A DNA stretch of 33,266 nt, from positions 21,190,984 to 21,224,249 of the forward strand of contig NC_068993.1 in NCBI RefSeq assembly GCF_001194135.2, given 5' to 3'. Below the pieces are notes generated by a model. The model was not told the origin of the DNA. It saw only the letters and a program-made list of their open reading frames with translations, and ran no database searches. Position numbers and translations under genes: made by a program. This document shows, in pieces, positions 22,484-33,266 of the stretch; within the stretch, counting starts at the first letter, position 1; the number at the start of each line of letters is the position of its first letter. Source of the stretch: Octopus bimaculoides (taxonomy: Eukaryota).

Positions 22484-24205
22484 ATATATATATATATATA
22501 TNNNNNNNNNNNNNNNNNNNNNNNNNNNNNNNNNNNNNNNNNNNNNNNNNNNNNNNNNNNNNNNNNNNNNNNNNNNNNNNNNNNNNNNNNNNNNNNNNNN
22601 NNNNNNNNNNNNNNNNNNNNNNNNNNNNNNNNNNNNNNNNNNNNNNNNNNNNNNNNNNNNNNNNNNNNNNNNNNNNNNNNNNNNNNNNNNNNNNNNNNNN
22701 NNNNNNNNNNNNNNNNNNNNNNNNNNNNNNNNNNNNNNNNNNNNNNNNNNNNNNNNNNNNNNNNNNNNNNNNNNNNNNNNNNNNNNNNNNNNNNNNNNNN
22801 NNNNNNNNNNNNNNNNNNNNNNNNNNNNNNNNNNNNNNNNNNNNNNNNNNNNNNNNNNNNNNNNNNNNNNNNNNNNNNNNNNNNNNNNNNNNNNNNNNNN
22901 NNNNNNNNNNNNNNNNNNNNNNNNNNNNNNNNNNNNNNNNNNNNNNNNNNNNNNNNNNNNNNNNNNNNNNNNNNNNNNNATATATATATATATATATATA
23001 TATATACTGACATACATATATATACTGACATACATATACACGGACGCAAGCGCGTATACACATTAAATAATCATAAAGCAAAGAGATGATAAAACATTGT
23101 CGAACTGTTCCTATGCGTGGAAGAAATACTGAGTTATTTAAAGCTGAATGCACCGAATTCAAATCTTTCATAAGAACAGTATGAAGATATATGACAACTT
23201 AAATCTCATTGAAGGAGAACTGAAATAGTTATATGAGCGGAGCTAAACATTAAAATACTGGAAAAAATGTTTCTACAAATAAACAATCTGCCCTTTACAT
23301 TACAAACCATTACTTGTTTATTACATACACACACAAATATATTCTTCCTTATTACTGAAGAGAAATTGTAGTTCTGGCTTAACATTTGGCTACTTTACAT
23401 TTAGTATCGTATGAACAGTTTCCTGACTAGAATTGACAGTTATTGCATTTTCTGTTAAAATTCTTTAGAACTTCCAGGAACAATGATGGATTCAAAGGCT
23501 CATATTTCTCTTTTTCTAAGAATGGCTTTTGTAATACAAAAGAATCGTCTAATTCTAATCGAATAGAAATTATAACTTTTTAGCTACGATTACATTTATT
23601 AAACCGAAACGTTTTCTCCGGGATGATCAACGAATTCCGTATATATTTCAAGGAAATAAAGTACCAGTTTGTATTACGTGAAATAATTAAGTTTTTATAC
23701 ACTGCGTTATCCCAATCTATTCTCTGTCTCAATGTGCTGAATAAACCACTACTTTCTAATTGCTTCGAAGACATTGCATTTTAACAGGCAGTTAGACTAA
23801 CTTCATAAATAAATACTTCAAATATATTCTCACCCTATATAAATTGATCGCAACTTTGATTAATACCCGAGTTTGGGCTGCCCATCAGAAGAATGAGAAG
23901 GAAATGTGATCCGGAAGTCTTTATTGCACCGACACCATCAACAGCATTACTAATATAATCAGCAGCAATTATAGATTTTTTCTTTCGCTTTGACGTTATT
24001 TCGTGTTAATTTAATAATTCCTTACAATCGATTTCTTCCTCTCCCCATTCCAAAGACACTGAAGCACTATACACTAGAGCATTTTTAGTATATACAGAGA
24101 CCCATGTACACGCTGTTTCTGATAAATAAACGTATACGAAAAAACGTTTCAATACATTCTCACATGCGAACGTCTTGATTTCAGAAATATAAATGTATAC
24201 GTAAA

Positions 24206-24485
24206 GGCGTCTGGCTAAGTGGTTAGGATATTAGGCTTAAGATCGCAAGGTACTGAGTTTGATACTCGGCGGCGCGTTGTGTCATTGAGCAAGACACGTT
24301 TTTCATGTTGCTGCAGTCCACTCTGCCGGTAAAAGTGAGTAGTACCTGTATTTCAAAGGGCCAGCCTTATTACATTCTGTGTCACGCTGAATTTCTCTGA
24401 GAAATACGTTAAGGGTACACATTTCTGTGAAGTGTACTGCTACTTACACGTTAATTTCACGGGTAGGCTGTCCTACCCGTGAAAT
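24206..24485 (+). mobile_element. tRNA-derived SINE of a second family, 3' end replaced by a fold-back
   Basis: A-box TGGCTAAGTGGTTAG, B-box-like GAGTTTGATACTC, central GTGTCATTGAGCAAGACAC (V/CORE-domain-like). Confidence 0.8.
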
Positions 24486-24573
24486 ATCTGATATATATAT
24501 ATATATATATTAACCTTGACCCCCTTACACACGCATAAATAAATGGTTGTTTATGTATATATATGTGTGTATT

Positions 24574-24888
24574 TTTTTACTCGTTTCAAACACTGGAATG
24601 CAGTCGCACTTGTACAAAGCCATGACGTGTACCGATTTCGTCTTAAGTCTGGCAATTATTCCATCAACCGCTTTGCTGAAATGTTTGGCTGCGATGACGA
24701 AAATAAACCAACTTAGGTTGTGAAGTGATAAGGGAAGAAACACAAGGAGACGCAAACTTACACACGCACGCACGTCCGCACACACATATACGCTCACACA
24801 CACACGCACAGGCACACACACACGATGGGTTTCGCCAAGGTACTTCTCAAATGCAGCGGACTCGAAATCACGTGGTTGCGATGCAAGT
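24574..24888 (-). mobile_element. Highly diverged, internally deleted SINE with an internal CA-type microsatellite
   Basis: The left part aligns to 31612-31800 (TTTTACTCGTTTC, AAGTCTGGCAATTATTC, TTTGCTGAA, ACCAAC..GGTTGTGAAG). CA repeats follow, then CGATGGG..GCCAAGGTAC..GGACTCGAAATCACGTGGTTG, consistent with a reverse-complemented tRNA head. Confidence 0.6.
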
Positions 24889-24908
24889 CTATAGAGTCAT
24901 ACCTGCAC

Positions 24909-24949
<41 letters not shown>

Positions 24950-25069
24950 CAGATAAATTAGATTGGTCGCCTTTTAAAGCCACAAATAAAGAGTATTTAT
25001 CCATTAATGCAGTGTTAAGCACGCATCCCACCACTATTCGATATCAGCGTATAATTATACAGACACACG

Positions 25070-25109
<40 letters not shown>

Positions 25110-26128
25110 ATATATTTACACATATATATTAATGTTTGCCTATGTGTCCATGTATTCCGCCCCAGAAACGAATGCACAAAATGTATTACCCTGTGTCAGT
25201 TGGTGACACGCGATGAGTGTTGACCTCCCTAATTGGAGGTGAGTATTCATTTGTGAATGTTAGAATTATACTAGTGACAATGTTACATGTATAACTTTTA
25301 TTAAGACACAGAAGGGTATCACTCTTAATTATTGTTATCGACTATTTAATTCAACCGTACGAAAAATAATAATAATAATAATAAAAAGAAATGGAATCGA
25401 GATTTGAAACAAGTGTTCTTTGAAATTCTCTATTTACAATACATCAGTGTCACATCTGGAGCAAGACACACATTACAATTTCAGCAATTAGTGAAAAGGT
25501 ATATCTATCTAGATTTGAAAATAAACTTTAATATGCAATTATTACTTTTGCCTTTTTCTGTGTTTCATTTTTGTTTTTGGTATTGGATAAATTATATACT
25601 AATTTTGAAATGCTCGCTTACTGCTATTCTTGCAAGACACAGGAGAGTAATCGCTAATTATCCAATTTCACGTTTGCTATTAAGTAATATCCTGCGATTA
25701 TAATCCATAATAATTTTTATTTTACATATAAAACAACACAACAAATGAATCTGACGAAATTTCCTTAAGTTTATCTATCGGTTTGTATGAGAAAACGATA
25801 GAAAATATCACTTTAAGGCATCCACAAACGGAACCGAACACACCCACTTGAAGAATGAATGATTATAGGTTTCCCAAACATCTATTATTTGTCTTGGTTC
25901 TTTAAATATTAATCATCAATTAATATTGAAGTCGTTTTCTAGACCCCCCCCCCCCGTACTCCATCTCGTATCAATAGTCTTTGCCAGTGGCTGTTTGGAG
26001 ATTAGACTATAATTTCATGGATAATGATACTGCTTTTTGATATTTCATTGCTTTCTCAGAGTGCTATTTTACAAATCATTGCAAATATAATGTTGAAAAA
26101 GTAACTTGCTCGAATAAGCTTTGATACG

Positions 26129-26183
<55 letters not shown>

Positions 26184-27793
26184 AGAATGAAAGAAGTGAA
26201 AAACGAAGAACAGAAAATATATAAAAAATAATAATAATAAATAATCGGTAGAAATATTTGTATATTTAAATATATATTGAGTGGTACTGTAGAAATATCA
26301 ACGTTTAAAGAAATAGTGATTGTTGAGTAAATATAAACGGATCTAAATATAGAGTAAATTGCGATTGTATTGTTATGATATTGAAGCATTTAAGCATTTA
26401 AATATTACTTGGAGAATACATGTCCTTATGAGAGGCTAGTGTATATTCTAATAACTGGCCACTTGAATTACCATTGTTATATAGCCTCGTTAATAAGATA
26501 GTAGACATGTAACTTATAATTGTTAAGTAGTATGGTGCATTAGAAAACATGGGCTAGAAAAGTGTTTGTATTTTTCTTGGGGAAATGGGAAACGCTTTAG
26601 TTAAACACACAAGTTTAGAAGTGCGGATAAAGCAACAAGAATGAGTCTTTCTATGTCTTGAAGTTAAACATTTCTGATGCTACCATAATATTGAAATTGA
26701 AATGGCAGCTCCGGCATAAATGCCATACTCTAATTTCCCACATCAATGTGTTGTAGAACAATAGAACACGCAGCTCCGTAAACTCTTCATTATGAGCACT
26801 TGATTAAACAGCGGTGGAAAAGTTTTAAGAATATAAGCGCTGACACTCGTTTTCTGCATTTATTAAAAGTACAGTCGTATTTGAGCTGGCTTACATAGAT
26901 TTCTTGCCAATTATTCTGATATCAGGTTTGACAACTCGTTTACTATTTAACTAAGCTGATGAAACTACACTAGTATATCAAATGTTCACTGTTGTCAGTG
27001 TTGTTCTGGATTTTGAGAAATTATGTAACTTGTACCTCGGGGAATAAAAAACCCAGCATTATTAAACACTTGGAAAATATAAAGACAATTACATACTTAA
27101 CTGCATGAAACATCACAGTAGCCCGTAGTTAAATATTTGATCACATATTGTTCAACACTGAATTCAGTAGCCATAATTGAATTATATTTTTTCTTTTGTA
27201 AACGATGAGGAGATTGAAAATGCGCAGTCTTAAAACATTTGATACCAATGGGAAGAGAATAACTAGTGAAATAGAAAGATCAAGTGAAAAAATGTGCCAA
27301 GTACTTAGAATAAGTGTGACGGTAGTTACTAAGAGTTTGTTAATGCTACACAATAAAAAATATAGCGGAAATATATTCATAATCTAACATTTCAAGAATT
27401 ATTCAGAAAAAGGAAAATCACACTTTGAGTGTATTAAATTTACACATTGGGTTCAATATATAATTAACGTACACTGAAGAAAAGAAGTGCGCCGTTTTAA
27501 ATAATGTTATTACGCCCTTTCTCCTGGAATTGCATTCCCTTCTGACCTTGTGCTCTGCCTTCTAATCATTCTTGGGACTGCACATCCTTATATATATATA
27601 TATGTGTTTGTGTGTGTGTATATATGTCTATGTATATATANNNNNNNNNNNNNNNNNNNNNNNNNNNNNNNNNNNNNNNNNNNNNNNNNNNNNNNNNNNN
27701 NNNNNNNNNNNNNNNNNNNNNNNNNNNNNNNNNNNNNNNNNNNNNNNNNNNNNNNNNNNNNNNNNNNNNNNNNNNNNNNNNNNNNNNNNNNNN

Positions 27794-27847
<54 letters not shown>

Positions 27848-29903
27848 GGGGTGAGAGAAATAGATAGAGATGGCGGAGAGAGGTATAGCCGTGCTGCATA
27901 CACACTGACATATGTACATTTATGGTTTTCACATCATTTTCGGCAATATGTGTACCAGTTGGTCGAACAACGCAACTTCCATCCATTATTACATAACCCG
28001 CTGACACATGCAGACATTAACTTAATCCTCACAGGCAGATTCGGCATCGCACGGTGAATTACAAAGCTATTCATAAAAGTTATACGAACACTCCATCCGA
28101 CTCGATTGCATAAAGACTGCATCTGCCCAGCTTCATGCACAAAGTAGAAGTCATCGCGTGTCGTAGGATGGAAACTTAAAACTTATGATTGGAATGTACA
28201 CTGATTAACTATTTGACCATGCAGTTACTAGTTTACACATAGAAACAGAGACACACATATAAATAAAAACCTGCACATATACAGTCTCTTACTCTTTAAT
28301 GTCGGCGCTCTCCCAAACACATATATACGTGGATATATATACATAAGGAATGGAAGCGTATACGTTCCCATGTTTCCAGGACAGCTGAGAGGAAATAAGT
28401 CTAGGTAGTTTTGATGCCAGAATCTGTTTAAGTAGAAATTTCAGCGCAACGTTAATTAGTGATATTAATTCTGAAATCGGAATGATCATCAACGCTAAAA
28501 TGGCATTTTAAAGATATCCTTTAATTGCATCGAATTACCTGGAAACAGATAGCATGCTAGATTTGGCCGTCAATCAATTATGTTTAGTGATCTAACTTCC
28601 ACTGGTTTACTCACATTAGCTGTCAATTCATAAGGTTTTAACAGACGTCTTATACAAGTCTATAATGACATTGAACACCTTAGGGATGTAGCTTTTGGCA
28701 CAGCAGTTCAATCTAGAAGGTGCCTACACTTATTCTCCGTATGATTGCTGGATACTGACCAAACCGCTCTGCAAATGAAAGCACTAATGCAACTGTTGTT
28801 TATCACTTGTATTTGTATATTATGTTAATACTATGGAAATTATAGTCGCAAAATTATGTAGTTGGAGCTGTGTATCACCCAAGGAATATTCAGCTTTGAG
28901 GAAAGAAACGACAAGGTGGAAGAAAGAAGGAAAGACGAGATAAAGAAATGAGCAAGGAAAGGAAAACGTCAATTGAAATGCCTGGGGCGGTGATGGGTTA
29001 GAAGACCAAATGCAGAAAGGAAGTAGATTAAGAAAAGTAAAGAGAGAATATTAAATAGAAATATGTATATATAATGAGGGAGAACATTAGAAATTCACTG
29101 AAACGAAAGGGTAAAACAGAGCTAAAGAGAGCAAGTAAGTTGAGAAAAGAATATTAGACAAAGAATATCTTTAAAAATATCCAGAAAAATCTACGGTATT
29201 AGGGACAATTACTATGTCTACCATTTCATTAACAATGCAATGATGATAAAAAAATTGTTTTATTGACACGCATTTAAAATAAGATTGATTTGATCCTAAT
29301 TTTGGAAGAGGTTTATTATAATACAAGCAGCTGTGCTGGAAACAGGAACTGAGACAAAACCACAAAATGATGAGGTGCTGGTATGCAAGAGTTCCAGTTT
29401 GACTAAATATGAAAAATAAAACAAGAATTACTTACTTTCTATGTGGTTCTATAAACTATATGACTACACAAATTATATGATCATACTAATTATGTGGTTA
29501 AACATATTGGTCGAAGGAGATATTACTATTTCTGCAGTAGCCGTTTCAGATACAATGCGTTTTGTACGTCCTGTTCAGTTTTACTGGGTAAACCCACATA
29601 TTATTCTCGAAAAGTATTATTGGACTTAATAAACACTGCAGTCATTAATTTTCGACGTAATAGAATAACATGCTAATAGAAGAGAATCGAACTATTTACC
29701 TGTAACACATGACTGTATTTCTGATAGTATTTCCCATAAAAACTACGAAGGTATCTGGTACTTAATTTTATTTTCTTTTATAATTCGATTGCTAAATACT
29801 TTTCTTCTGCTACGTTAAAACTAAAAAGCTTCGCATGACTATACTTCACTACCTTAGCCTCACTAGATAGAGAGATAGGTTATGTTCTTTGAATATATTA
29901 AAC

Positions 29904-29908
29904 ACACA

Positions 29909-30001
<93 letters not shown>
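29904..30001. repeat. (CA)n microsatellite
   Basis: Read directly. Confidence 0.98.
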
Positions 30002-30003
<2 letters not shown>

Positions 30004-30272
30004 TATGCATTCTGAGTACTCCAGAAGGTAATCTTCCAAAGTTCCAGTTAGAACAGCTGCTGGTGTTGTGGTTGTGTGAATGTCTTGTTCGACAAAAAAA
30101 AAAAAAAAAAAAAAAAAAACTGGTAGTTGGTAGCTCAACTTTGAGTCAGTAGGTGTCAGTTAAAGTTGTGTAGAAGGAAAACAATTAGTAAAGACAGGAC
30201 TATGGTATTTAAATTAATTTAATTTAATCGAAAAATAGTAAAATAATACAAAACTGGTAAAGATAGAAGAGT

Positions 30273-30301
30273 GTCTCTGACAGCTGTTTCTGGGATATCC
30301 C
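30273..30301 (-). other. 3' half of a minimal type I hammerhead ribozyme (CUGANGA core absent)
   Basis: Minus strand GGG-ATAT-CCC-A-GAAAC-AGCT-GTC-AGAGAC: a stem II hairpin, GAAA, a 2-bp stem III with palindromic tetraloop, and a GUC triplet. Confidence 0.4.
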
Positions 30302-30550
30302 GGCTATTGGATCATTGTGTCGATTAAAGACTCTGTAAAATGAACCGCAACAAATATCATTAGCGAGAAGCTTTATTTCCACAATGTATCACATATTTCT
30401 TCATACATTTCTCCGATGACAGAATACCCAAGGAAAAGCGGAAATCTGGGAAAGATGGCAGTCGGCAAGATAAATGATTACAATAAACATTTCGGAGTCA
30501 ACGAATACAGTCGCACTTATGTATGTATGCATGTATGTATGTATGTATGT

Positions 30551-31555
30551 CATTATTCAGTTTATTTCTAGATTTTTTGTCAATAGAGAAAGAACTGGTT
30601 TCGAACCTAGATCCAAGGATCCTTCATTGGAATTTCAACATCGACAACTGGATATTTTTGTATGTATGTATGTATATGCAGATTTGTATGTTCTATGTAT
30701 GTACTCTTATGCATATCTAGACATGCTCATATATGTTTAATTGATAAACTTCTGGAAAGTTTTACAGATTTTTACAGTTCCAGTGATGAACTGGATCTGT
30801 AGTCCTCGAATTAGCTTTCTCCCTTTTGCTTTTGAGAAGCCTAATTTCTCAAGATTGGTATTTAGGCAGTGTGTTACATATCTCAGGGCTCCAATAATTA
30901 CAGGTATAAACCTGAACTTGTTATCTGGGCTGAATAACTGCAGATTTCTCAATAGTTCAGCATAGGTGTTCTCTTTTTCACTGATCTTCAGCTTTATGTT
31001 AACATCCGCTGGCCAGCTAATTTCCACAGCTGTGCACAGTTTCTCTTCTCTATCCAAATTCATTATATCAGGTCTGGTTATTGAGATCTTCACTGGGACA
31101 ACCCACCAATATTCCTTTTTATTATGAGTGGCTATGAATTTTACCATATTGCGGGCTCTTATTTCTTTGTACTCGGGATTATCCTTCCGACGAATTTCAT
31201 TATAGAGTGTCCTAGCTACATCATATCACATCGGTATATAACACCGTAATGATATTTTCGGACAACTGCTTATGATGCTGATGATATCTTCAGTGTGAAC
31301 TCCACAAAGTCTGCATCAGTTGTCACTTTTTACTGCTTTTACTGCATCACTATCCCTTTTGTGCATCAGGTCCTTGGTTGATATTTGCTGTTCCTAGGTT
31401 GCAAACACATACCCTTCAAAGTAGGAGGTAGTAATCCGGCTATTGGTCCATCATAAACTGCTTTAATGATCGATGTTACTATCATCACTGAGCTTTCTAC
31501 TAACATATCCATGCATAGTCTTCGGTTCAAATAGGGTCATCCTTTCATCTGATGA
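30551..31555 (-). mobile_element. 5'-truncated RLE-type (R4/Dong-like) LINE of a second family, bounded by (ACAT)n
   Basis: Motifs: KTMHGYV, FEGYVFA, knuckle CRLCGVHTEDIISIISSC, RLE motif RPDIMNLDREEKLCTAVEISWPADVNIKLKISEKENTY, IPVIIGAL, stop at 30737-30739. A ~185-bp 3' UTR runs into (ACAT)n at 30519-30550. Confidence 0.88.
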
Positions 31556-31611
31556 TATGTTGCGGTATGTTTGTATGTATGTTGTATGTATGTATACGCA
31601 TGTATATATAT

Positions 31612-31836
31612 CTTTTTTCTTTCACCTGTTTCATTCACTGGACTGCGGACATGCTGGGGCATCGCCTTGAATTTTTAATCGAAAAAAATCACTTCCAGTA
31701 CTTATTATTAAACCTGGTACTTATTCTGTCGGTTCTTTTGCCGAACCGCTAAGTTACGGTGACGTAAGCACACCAACACCAGTTGTCAAGTGGGGAAACA
31801 TACACACACACACACATACGCACACATATGTATGTT

Positions 31837-31870
<34 letters not shown>
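31612..31870 (-). mobile_element. 3' half of the microsatellite-bearing tRNA SINE family
   Basis: GACTGCGGACATGCTGGGGCATCGCCTTGAA...AAACCTGGTACTTATTCTGTCGGTTCTTTTGCCGAACCGCTAAGTTACGGTGACGTAAGCACACCAACACCAGTTGTCAAG, then CA/AT repeats running into a gap. Confidence 0.8.
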
Positions 31871-32649
31871 NNNNNNNNNNNNNNNNNNNNNNNNNNNNNN
31901 NNNNNNNNNNNNNNNNNNNNNNNNNNNNNNNNNNNNNNNNNNNNNNNNNNNNNNNNNNNNNNNNNNNNNNNNNNNNNNNNNNNNNNNNNNNNNNNNNNNN
32001 NNNNNNNNNNNNNNNNNNNNNNNNNNNNNNNNNNNNNNNNNNNNNNNNNNNNNNNNNNNNNNNNNNNNNNNNNNNNNNNNNNNNNNNNNNNNNNNNNNNN
32101 NNNNNNNNNNNNNNNNNNNNNNNNNNNNNNNNNNNNNNNNNNNNNNNNNNNNNNNNNNNNNNNNNNNNNNNNNNNNNNNNNNNNNNNNNNNNNNNNNNNN
32201 NNNNNNNNNNNNNNNNNNNNNNNNNNNNNNNNNNNNNNNNNNNNNNNNNNNNNNNNNNNNNNNNNNNNNNNNNNNNNNNNNNNNNNNNNNNNNNNNNNNN
32301 NNNNNNNNNNNNNNNNNNNNNNNNNNNNNNNNNNNNNNNNNNNNNNNNNNNNNNNNNNNNNNNNNNNNNNNNNNNNNNNNNNNNNNNNNNNNNNNNNNNN
32401 NNNNNNNNNNNNNNNNNNNNNNNNNNNNNNNNNNNNNNNNNNNNNNNNNNNNNNNNNNNNNNNNNNNNNNNNNNNNNNNNNNNNNNNNNNNNNNNNNNNN
32501 NNNNNNNNNNNNNNNNNNNNNNNNNNNNNNNNNNNNNNNNNNNNNNNNNNNNNNNNNNNNNNNNNNNNNNNNNNNNNNNNNNNNNNNNNNNNNNNNNNNN
32601 NNNNNNNNNNNNNNNNNNNNNNNNNNNNNNNNNNNNNNNNNNNNNNNNN

Positions 32650-33266
32650 GCATACCCAGTACCAACATACACGGAACACACATGCACACACAAACACATC
32701 ACCTGGATAAACCCAACGTACAAGGACACCTGATAAATACAACACACACATACATGCTCACACACACATGCACCCTCATGCACACACATACAGTTGCTCC
32801 CTCACACACACACGCACCACAATGACAATTCAAACACAAACATACTGAGAGACACACACAAACTCACATACACACACATAACACCCCAACCAACACACAA
32901 CACAAATAGACATACGCACACATACAGACATACACATACATATGAACCATCACACACACATACGGTTGCTTACACACACACACACACACCACTAGGGTAT
33001 TTAAAACAACACACACACTCAGACAGAAAGAGAGACACACACACACACTCACGTACACACACACTCCCACACTCACACAAAACACTCCCACGCACACACA
33101 CAGATGCACACATACATACACACACATACGCACACATACGTACACACCTTCACACATACATACGGTTGCTCTCTCACACACACATCACAAGGACGATTAA
33201 AACAACACATACATACTCAGACAAAGAGATATACGCACACTCTCACGTACACACACCTAACATCCC
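32650..33266. repeat. Degenerate CA-rich array with a ~200-bp higher-order repeat
   Basis: TACGGTTGCT at 32961 and 33161; TAAAACAACAC at about 33002 and 33198; CTCAGACA at 33018 and 33216; CTCACGTACACACAC at 33048 and 33242. Confidence 0.8.

Noticed and set aside
23100-23250. Plus frame EEILSYLKLNAPNSNLS*EQYEDI*QLK...IVI, vaguely like the PLE NLS.EE..AL..L...IVI motif
   Set aside because: Four stops and no ADKG; the similarity is too weak to call.
30301-30311. CCGGCTATTGG shared with about 31436-31447 inside the LINE
   Set aside because: An 11-bp match with no extension is compatible with chance.
5954-33181. Numerous long ORFs made of IY, HT, VC, RE, LS dipeptides or X
   Set aside because: They are translations of dinucleotide repeats and assembly gaps.

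Overview
AT-rich, microsatellite-dense eukaryotic genomic DNA from a gapped assembly. Ten N-runs total about 4.2 kb (6069-6277, 6852-7528, 8699-8961, 11852-12064, 15333-16047, 17617-18260, 21699-21733, 22502-22979, 27641-27793, 31871-32649), and most abut (AT)n. The repeat families look like those I know from octopus genomes (inference only). I found no intact host gene, no tRNA or rRNA gene and no CRISPR array. Most ORFs in the supplied track are microsatellite, N-run or antisense artefacts. The recognisable content is retroelement-derived: three R4/Dong-type (restriction-like endonuclease, RLE) LINE pieces, an RTE-clade LINE apparently lacking its endonuclease, a decayed Penelope-like element (PLE) of Naiad-like motif style, a second small PLE fragment, and eight tRNA-derived SINE copies from about three families. 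The most interesting items are: a nest of (TAA)n-bounded retroelements, a different RLE family bounded by (ACAT)n, three SINEs stacked behind the same 18-bp sequence, a tandemly repeated dead coding segment of unidentified origin (21.15-22.5 kb), half of a minimal hammerhead ribozyme, and a fold-back hairpin capping a SINE.
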